A stretch of DNA of 64,000 nt, taken from IMG/VR virus record IMGVR_UViG_3300025889_000071; one strand, written 5' to 3'. Positions 58,179 through 64,000 of this stretch are shown piece after piece. How positions within the stretch are numbered: position 1 is the first letter of the stretch; each line of letters begins with the position of its first letter. Origin of the DNA: a virus. Taxonomy: Duplodnaviria; Caudoviricetes. The translations under genes were made by a program, and so were the position numbers. The notes below the pieces were generated by a model. The model did not search any database and was not told where the DNA came from. It saw only the letters and a program-made list of their open reading frames with translations.

Positions 58179-59240
58179 TTGGCTTCATCTACTCTATCAA
58201 TTCCACAACAAAAAGGAGGTTGGTTCGATGTCCTCGATGATTGGCTTAAGCGTGATCGGTTTGTTTTTGTCGGTTGGTCTGGCATTCTCCTTTTCCCTAC
58301 AGCTTATCTCGCTCTTGGCGGTTGGCTTACAGGAACCACCTTTGCTACCAGTTGGTACACCCATGGCTTGGCGAGTTCATACCTTGAGGGTGCTAACTTT
58401 CTCACTGCTGCTGTTTCTACTCCTGCTGATGCTCTCGGACATAGCCTCCTTCTTCTTTGGGGTCCAGAAGCTCAGGGAGATTTCGTCCGCTGGGTCCAAC
58501 TTGGGGGACTCTGGCCTTTTGTGGCGCTCCACGGAGCTTTCGCTCTAATTGGTTTCATGCTTCGACAGTTTGAAATTGCACGTTTAGTGGGGATTAGACC
58601 GTACAATGCAATTGCTTTTTCGGGTCCTATTGCCGTATTCGTTAGCGTTTTTCTCATGTACCCACTTGGACAGTCCAGTTGGTTCTTTGCACCGTCCTTT
58701 GGCGTTGCGGCAATCTTCAGATTCTTACTTTTTCTACAAGGATTTCATAACTGGACACTCAACCCCTTCCATATGATGGGAGTTGCTGGTATACTGGGAG
58801 GAGCACTCTTATGTGCTATTCATGGTGCTACTGTAGAAAACACACTTTATGAAGATGGCGAACAATCAAATACTTTCAAGGCATTTGAGCCGACTCAAGA
58901 AGAAGAGACTTATTCAATGGTTACCGCTAATCGTTTTTGGTCGCAGATTTTCGGTATTGCGTTTAGCAATAAGCGTTGGTTGCATTTTTTCATGCTGTTT
59001 GTTCCTGTTATGGGTCTCTGGACATCTTCAATCGGGATCATCGGTCTTGCACTCAACCTTCGTGCATACGATTTTGTATCCCAAGAATTGAGAGCAGCAG
59101 AGGATCCAGAATTCGAAACATTTTACACAAAAAATATACTTTTGAATGAGGGGTTAAGGGCTTGGATGGCTCCAGTAGACCAGCCGCACGAGCAGTTTGT
59201 ATTTCCAGAGGAAGTGCTTCCCAGGGGAAATGCACTGTGA
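58179..59240 (+). CDS. psbD: photosystem II D2 protein
   Basis: Full-length D2 ending [10 protein letters not shown]; TTG start; no intron. Confidence 0.98.
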   Translation: MASSTLSIPQQKGGWFDVLDDWLKRDRFVFVGWSGILLFPTAYLALGGWLTGTTFATSWYTHGLASSYLEGANFLTAAVSTPADALGHSLLLLWGPEAQGDFVRWVQLGGLWPFVALHGAFALIGFMLRQFEIARLVGIRPYNAIAFSGPIAVFVSVFLMYPLGQSSWFFAPSFGVAAIFRFLLFLQGFHNWTLNPFHMMGVAGILGGALLCAIHGATVENTLYEDGEQSNTFKAFEPTQEEETYSMVTANRFWSQIFGIAFSNKRWLHFFMLFVPVMGLWTSSIGIIGLALNLRAYDFVSQELRAAEDPEFETFYTKNILLNEGLRAWMAPVDQPHEQFVFPEEVLPRGNAL

Positions 59241-59449
59241 ATCACTATCTGGTTCTTGTATATGGCATATGCTTTTCTCTTATCGCAGGAGGTGCTTTTG
59301 CTTTGATGTGGAGCAATGTTCAATCTATTAATAAGATAATGGATAAACCTCCTAAACCACGTCATCCAGAAGCACCTGAACCAGGAGAACAAGTAATGTA
59401 TGTTGATTTATCTAGAGAAAAACTAGAGAATTTATATGGTGACAAATGA
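59237..59449 (+). CDS. small membrane protein
   Basis: TM plus RHPEAP..VMYVDL. Confidence 0.6.
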   Translation: MNHYLVLVYGICFSLIAGGAFALMWSNVQSINKIMDKPPKPRHPEAPEPGEQVMYVDLSREKLENLYGDK

Positions 59450-59577
59450 ACCTATACCAAAGTGGGTATATTGGATGGGCATTGGACTAATGTTATTCAC
59501 AGTCTTTTGTTTTGGTATTATGCTTGCAGGTATGATCTATGTGTGATATAGTAAGAGGGTTAATTCCCTCTTTTTTT

Positions 59578-59886
59578 ATGATCGGAAATCTTGATCCTGA
59601 AGAACGTATTATGGCTAAACCGACTGTGTATGAACAAGTTGCATCCCTAGTCCGAAAATATGGATGGGAAGAAGATGATGAGATTACTGTTGAAATGGCA
59701 GGAACTCAAGTCTCTGGTATTGATGTGGGTGAAGAGTACAATAAAAGGTGGCAATCTCCTATTGGCACTCGTAAGTATAACAAAGATGCCTTTATTGTTA
59801 TTAAGAATCAGTCTCGCAGGGACCTGACCAAATCTCAACCTTTCTCTGAAGGTGAATTTAATCCACGACATCCTCACGAAGGTTAA
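59578..59886 (+). CDS. conserved cyanophage hypothetical protein
   Basis: VEMAGTQVSGIDVGE..KWQSPIGTRKYNKD. Confidence 0.7.
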   Translation: MIGNLDPEERIMAKPTVYEQVASLVRKYGWEEDDEITVEMAGTQVSGIDVGEEYNKRWQSPIGTRKYNKDAFIVIKNQSRRDLTKSQPFSEGEFNPRHPHEG

Positions 59887-59918
59887 ACAACCTCTTGCTA
59901 GAGACCTTTTTTGATGGT

Positions 59919-60269
59919 ATGATGACTTCAAACAAAACTAAATTCATGACTAATAGAGACTGGGAAGCAATGAATAGTCTTGAAGAAGCATTCAATCAAA
60001 TTACTACATTTGAGTTTCTTCTTGAGCAACTACAAGAAGCAGTAAATACCAATAACACTCAACGCATCGTTGATACTACTGCTGCATTGACGGCTTTTTA
60101 TACTCCTTATTGTAATAACTGGGATGATAAATTTACATCTGCATGGAATAAAATAATTCGAAATGAACCTAATTCATCTCATGACACTTCTTCAGCAGAT
60201 GAAAATACAACTGATAGGGATTGGGAAGACTTTTGGAATAGTTTCTGTGAAGAAAAATGCCAACCATGA
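59919..60269 (+). CDS. hypothetical protein
   Basis: ORF behind TTGCTA-17-TATGAT. Confidence 0.55.
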   Translation: MMTSNKTKFMTNRDWEAMNSLEEAFNQITTFEFLLEQLQEAVNTNNTQRIVDTTAALTAFYTPYCNNWDDKFTSAWNKIIRNEPNSSHDTSSADENTTDRDWEDFWNSFCEEKCQP

Positions 60270-60305
60270 AATTTGGTAATTAAATATATACTATTAAATT
60301 ATAAA

Positions 60306-60566
60306 ATGACTATGAATTTTTTAATTTATTCAAAGTTTGGTTGTCCATTCTGTGTAAAACTTAAAAGAGCAATGGAAATTGCAAATCTTCAACATAAAGT
60401 TTATATGCTAGATGAAAATTTTGACCGAAATGAATTCTATGCTAAATTTGGCCATGGTTCAACATTTCCACAAGTTGTATTGAATGTTGAAGGTCCTGAT
60501 GATGGAACTCGTTTAGGTGGATGTACAGAAACTATTCAGTATTTGAGAGAAAATAAACTAGTTTAA
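60306..60566 (+). CDS. glutaredoxin
   Basis: CPFC, TFPQV, GGCTE. Confidence 0.9.
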   Translation: MTMNFLIYSKFGCPFCVKLKRAMEIANLQHKVYMLDENFDRNEFYAKFGHGSTFPQVVLNVEGPDDGTRLGGCTETIQYLRENKLV

Positions 60567-60571
60567 GATCA

Positions 60572-60919
60572 ATGGAAGAAGTTTACGATATCGTAGAAAA
60601 AGCAATTGATCATGCATTTAATGGTAAATTCTTACTTAAATTTTACGAGTATCTTAAAGAGAGAAAAACCAAAAGAGTGGAGGTAGTTGAATTTATTCAC
60701 AGTTCTACCGCACAAGAAATTACATCTCTTATATGTGAACTTGAAGAATATCTTGAAGGTGGTAGTGATTATAATCATAAATTCCTTCGTGAAGCATATG
60801 GACACATTCCAAAACCACAAGCAAGAAAGATAAAAGTTTATTTAAATGATATTATTGATGATGCAAAGAGGTATGACTATGATAGAAAGCCAGGAAGGAG
60901 AAAAAAGCAATCTAAATAA
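60572..60919 (+). CDS. conserved T4-like cyanophage hypothetical protein
   Basis: LREAYGHIPKPQARKI. Confidence 0.75.
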   Translation: MEEVYDIVEKAIDHAFNGKFLLKFYEYLKERKTKRVEVVEFIHSSTAQEITSLICELEEYLEGGSDYNHKFLREAYGHIPKPQARKIKVYLNDIIDDAKRYDYDRKPGRRKKQSK

Positions 60920-61106
60920 TGATGAACTCGGGATTAACCGAGGAGTTGAGCTACTATTAAGAAAAAGGAGAAGAAAGGAATCTGAACCCAAAACTTTTGA
61001 AGTAAAGTTTGGTAAAATGATTGCTCTCTTCCGCAGAGAGTTTCATTTTTATTTTGAATTCAGTTTTGATTATAAGAAAAAATTCTCTGGAGAAAGGCAA
61101 TGTTAG
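60846..61106 (+). CDS. conserved hypothetical protein
   Basis: INRGVELLLRKRR; start uncertain. Confidence 0.6.
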   Translation: MILLMMQRGMTMIESQEGEKSNLNNDELGINRGVELLLRKRRRKESEPKTFEVKFGKMIALFRREFHFYFEFSFDYKKKFSGERQC

Positions 61107-61318
61107 CAGTAACTCTTACCATTAGTACTCTTGTTAGTATAATGTTCTTTTTTGTTGGTGGTATGCTAGGATGGCTAGCAAGAGAACATTTCTATCAGAC
61201 TCAACCAATTGTCACTCATCCAGAAATGTTTGATGAAAATGGCAATGTATTACCAGATGAAATTTTAGCAGTACGATTTGAAAACAGTTATGACAACTAC
61301 GAAGAAGAAGACGAGTAA
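61100..61318 (+). CDS. conserved membrane protein
   Basis: TM then HPEMFDENG. Confidence 0.7.
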   Translation: MLAVTLTISTLVSIMFFFVGGMLGWLAREHFYQTQPIVTHPEMFDENGNVLPDEILAVRFENSYDNYEEEDE

Positions 61319-61862
61319 GACAACTCAACCAATTGGAGCAATATTGCCTCCCAATCCATTTGTATATGAAGTTTTAGAACTGGCATCTAAACAAAGGTCA
61401 AGTGCTAAAAAAGTGGAGGTTCTTAAAACATATGAACACATTTCATTAAAGTCTATTTTTATTTGGAATTTTGATGAGACTGTAATTTCTGAACTTCCTG
61501 AAGGCGATGTTCCTTATGGTGATGCAGAAGACCAATCAGTGTATTCTGGATCTCTCTCTGAAAATTTGGCAAGAGAGGCCCGTGGTGGTGAATCTGCCAC
61601 TGGTCAAGACCTTGATGGAAGAGGTAAAACATCTCTTCGTAGAGAGTATCGAAATCTCTATCACTTTGTCAAAGGTGGTAATGGTGGGTTGAATCATATT
61701 CGTAGAGAGATGATGTTCATCAATCTTCTTCGTGGTCTTCATCCTAAAGAGGCTGAAGTTTTGATTTTGACCAAAGATAAAAGACTCTCCACAAAGTATA
61801 AAATTACAAAGGACATTGTTTCACAAGCATATCCTGATATTCAATGGGGAAACCGTTCTTGA
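61278..61862 (+). CDS. conserved T4-like hypothetical protein
   Basis: LPEGDVPY, RREMMFINLLRGLHPKEAE. Confidence 0.78.
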   Translation: MKTVMTTTKKKTSKTTQPIGAILPPNPFVYEVLELASKQRSSAKKVEVLKTYEHISLKSIFIWNFDETVISELPEGDVPYGDAEDQSVYSGSLSENLAREARGGESATGQDLDGRGKTSLRREYRNLYHFVKGGNGGLNHIRREMMFINLLRGLHPKEAEVLILTKDKRLSTKYKITKDIVSQAYPDIQWGNRS

Positions 61863-61869
61863 TAATATT

Positions 61870-62220
61870 ATGACTGAACAAGTTGCAGAAAAGACAGAAG
61901 TTACTCAAGAATCTAAAATGGAGTCATGGACATCATCTGAAAAGGAAAATTCTAAAAAAGTATATGGTTGTGAAATTATGATTGAAAATGGAACTTGGGA
62001 ACAAGTTACCACTAAAGAATGTCCTAATGATGCCCATATTATAAAGTATGAAGTTGATGGTGAGACTCGATATGATTTAACTCGTAGTCAAAAAGTAGTC
62101 AATATCTTTAACATGTATTGGGATAAATTCCGTGATGGATTAAAGAGTATTGAATATGGTAAGGGTGCATATAACCCTAAACTATGGGGAGCCAAACCTC
62201 CCAAGGAGAAAAAGAAATGA
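61870..62220 (+). CDS. conserved hypothetical protein
   Basis: YGCEIMIEN..YGKGAYNPKLWG. Confidence 0.7.
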   Translation: MTEQVAEKTEVTQESKMESWTSSEKENSKKVYGCEIMIENGTWEQVTTKECPNDAHIIKYEVDGETRYDLTRSQKVVNIFNMYWDKFRDGLKSIEYGKGAYNPKLWGAKPPKEKKK

Positions 62221-62429
62221 GTGCTGGATTTGGTGGAAACCCTGGAGAGGGTAGAACAGGAAAGGATGCAAAAATTACAATTGATTTAGATGCAATTGAT
62301 GGTGTGGTTAAGAAGTATAAGAAAGTTAAAAAATACATGAAGTCAAATATGTATGCCGTGATGTCAATGGATGGAACTGAACAGATTGTTAAAGAGTTGA
62401 TTGAAGAAGCAGAGCAAAACGAAATTTAG
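62217..62429 (+). CDS. hypothetical protein
   Basis: 70 aa, ATGA overlap. Confidence 0.6.
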   Translation: MSAGFGGNPGEGRTGKDAKITIDLDAIDGVVKKYKKVKKYMKSNMYAVMSMDGTEQIVKELIEEAEQNEI

Positions 62430-62495
62430 CTTTTAAATCCATTTTAGGGGGCAAAAAAATCTGGGGCTTTTTTGCTCCTATAAGGTTTTTAAACA

Positions 62496-62537
62496 GTATC
62501 AAATGATACACAACAAAAGTACTTGACTAAATAAGGT
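62496..62537 (+). promoter_or_regulatory. NtcA-consensus box with class II spacing
   Basis: GTA-TCAAATGA-TAC, then exactly 22 nt, then TAAGGT (TAN3T). Confidence 0.6.
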
Positions 62538-62551
62538 ATAAGGTCTATAAT
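62523..62551 (+). promoter_or_regulatory. sigma70 promoter
   Basis: TTGACT-17-TATAAT. Confidence 0.8.
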
Positions 62552-62559
62552 AGACCTGT

Positions 62560-62843
62560 CGTTCATCCAAGAGGCAGTCGCTGTGCACATAGCATAGAAA
62601 GACACATCTGGACGCAAGTAAGTCGCGGAACGGAGCGTTCATCCTATGATTGAGTTACTACTATTAGCTAATTTACATAGTCCTCCAAACATGACTTGTC
62701 AGCAAGTTAGAGAGGTGGCAGAAACCGTACTGGATTCTGATATGTCTCAACAAGATAAGCAAAGATTCTTATCTCGTTTGTTTGGACAGCATATGATGCT
62801 AAAGTGTCTTAAGAAATAGGACGCACACGACTGAAGGAACGGG
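62560..62843 (+). ncRNA. glutamine-riboswitch-like RNA (glnA/Downstream-peptide class) with ORF in P3 loop
   Basis: CGTTC/GAACG P1, TCC/GGA P2, CGCAAGTA, AGTCG/CGACT P3, GAAG. Confidence 0.65.
62646..62819 (+). CDS. 57-aa ORF nested in riboswitch-like RNA
   Basis: MIELLLLANLHSPPNMTCQQ...MLKCLKK; GGAG RBS at 62632. Confidence 0.6.
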   Translation: MIELLLLANLHSPPNMTCQQVREVAETVLDSDMSQQDKQRFLSRLFGQHMMLKCLKK

Positions 62844-62879
62844 AGATTAAATTCACCCTAGTATTTCAGGAGAAACACA

Positions 62880-63047
62880 ATGAATACACTTCTCATGATC
62901 AAGAAGCAGATCGACAAAGCATCTGCACTTCACGACGCTCAAATTGCTCATACTGCATATCGTGGTGTTGAGTATAACGTATGTGGTCATGAACCACATG
63001 AGACTCACGGTACATTCTGCTATCGTGGTCATACTTATAACAAGTGA
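62880..63047 (+). CDS. DUF4278-like small protein (55 aa)
   Basis: Two YRG motifs (AYRGVEY, CYRGHTY); AGGAG RBS. Confidence 0.7.
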   Translation: MNTLLMIKKQIDKASALHDAQIAHTAYRGVEYNVCGHEPHETHGTFCYRGHTYNK

Positions 63048-63070
63048 ATTACTTGTATTAGAATGCATAG

Positions 63071-63105
63071 GAGAGGTTGACTACCTCTCTTTTTTTGTCT
63101 ATAAT
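63071..63105 (+). terminator. terminator with nested sigma70 promoter
   Basis: GAGAGGT/ACCTCTC plus T run; TTGACT-17-TATAAT. Confidence 0.7.
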
Positions 63106-63126
63106 TGTAGTAGTTGACTCCATTTC

Positions 63127-63300
63127 ATGGATAGAGATAAATTAAAACTCATCATCAAAAACATGGAACTCCTTCTCGATTCTTTGAAAGCAGAAGTGCT
63201 TTCTGAACCTGAATCGTACTTACAGGGAGAATACTTAAATTATCCACAAATTACTGACTATGATGAGGTATTTGATGATGACGATGGATACCCCGATTAA
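63127..63300 (+). CDS. conserved small cyanophage protein
   Basis: MDRDKLKLIIKNMELLLDSLKAEV..DDDDGYPD. Confidence 0.65.
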   Translation: MDRDKLKLIIKNMELLLDSLKAEVLSEPESYLQGEYLNYPQITDYDEVFDDDDGYPD

Positions 63301-63304
63301 AAGT

Positions 63305-63484
63305 ATGTACGAAGAATTAAATTGCTTCGAAGAAGCCCTTAAACATTTCGGAACTAGAGTAGAGTTTGCTATTGCTATGGAGATGGGTAGAAAACTGACT
63401 CCAGAAGAAGCATATCAAATTATCAAAACTGAACTAAAAGCATTAAAATCCTGTCGTAAGAAATTTAAAAAAGATGAATGTTAG
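63305..63484 (+). CDS. conserved hypothetical protein
   Basis: MYEELNCFEEALKHFGTRVE. Confidence 0.7.
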   Translation: MYEELNCFEEALKHFGTRVEFAIAMEMGRKLTPEEAYQIIKTELKALKSCRKKFKKDEC

Positions 63485-64000
63485 ATTGATTAGTGTGACT
63501 CCTGATGCGGAGAAAACAATGGGTTATGTTGCTCGTGTGAGCAATCCCTCTAACCAAGAGAATCCTAAAGTTGCAGGACTTCTCAAATATTGTGTGAATC
63601 ACCAACACTGGTCTGTGTTTGAGCAGGCATTCATGACGCTTGAAATTGAGACTACCAGGGGACTGGCGGCCCAAATTTTGAGGCATCGTAGTTTCACATA
63701 TCAAGAGTTTTCCCAACGATATGCTGATTCTTCTCTGTTAGGTGGTACAATTCCTCTCCCAGAACTCCGTCGTCAAGACACCAAGAATCGTCAGAATTCT
63801 ATTGATGATGTTGACCCATTTATCGTGCAAAAATATGAGATGTTGATGCAAGACCATTTTAAAGAAGCAATGGACTTGTATCAAAAAATGCTTGATGAAG
63901 GTATTGCAAAGGAATGTGCTCGTTTCGTGTTACCCCTCGCAGTGCCCACAAAACTCTACATGTCAGGTTCATGCAGGTCATGGATCCATTATATCTCTTT
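63474..64000 (+). CDS. thyX: FAD-dependent thymidylate synthase (3' truncated by window)
   Basis: HWSVFE, QILRHRSFTYQEFSQRY. Confidence 0.95.
   Translation, partial: MNVRLISVTPDAEKTMGYVARVSNPSNQENPKVAGLLKYCVNHQHWSVFEQAFMTLEIETTRGLAAQILRHRSFTYQEFSQRYADSSLLGGTIPLPELRRQDTKNRQNSIDDVDPFIVQKYEMLMQDHFKEAMDLYQKMLDEGIAKECARFVLPLAVPTKLYMSGSCRSWIHYIS

Noticed and set aside
55832-59240. Group I introns in psbA or psbD
   Set aside because: Both reading frames are uninterrupted and full length

Overview
A 64 kb segment of a large T4-like (Kyanoviridae-type) cyanomyovirus genome, most likely infecting marine Synechococcus (D1 C-terminus ...[15 protein letters not shown]). Almost everything is on the + strand. 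In order: end of gp41 helicase, mazG, a block of probable virion/head-associated proteins including a nucleotidyltransferase, gp61 primase, nrdA/nrdB, a petE-PTOX-gnd-zwf operon, a three-gene minus-strand cassette of exported proteins, six tRNAs interleaved with HNH nucleases, a manA-like RNA ahead of an outer-membrane-type protein, talC, a ~20 kb sugar-nucleotide/glycosyltransferase island (with nadE and ugd), hli/petF/psbA/psbD, core hypothetical genes, and the start of thyX. The most striking unexplained element is at 62.5-63.05 kb: an NtcA-consensus box and sigma70 promoter, followed by a glutamine-riboswitch-like RNA whose P3 loop contains a complete 57-codon ORF, followed by a DUF4278-like small protein. 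This looks like a phage nitrogen-status-sensing module. Other highlights: two ORFs that use tRNA T8-A9-G10 as their stop codon, a homing endonuclease that duplicated the start of the gene it invaded, a synonymously atypical codon patch at psbA codon 334 next to an F-CphI-like endonuclease, and an HLR1 (RpaB)-like repeat over the psbD promoter. All calls come from reading the sequence; no searches or folding programs were run, so family assignments rest on recalled motifs.
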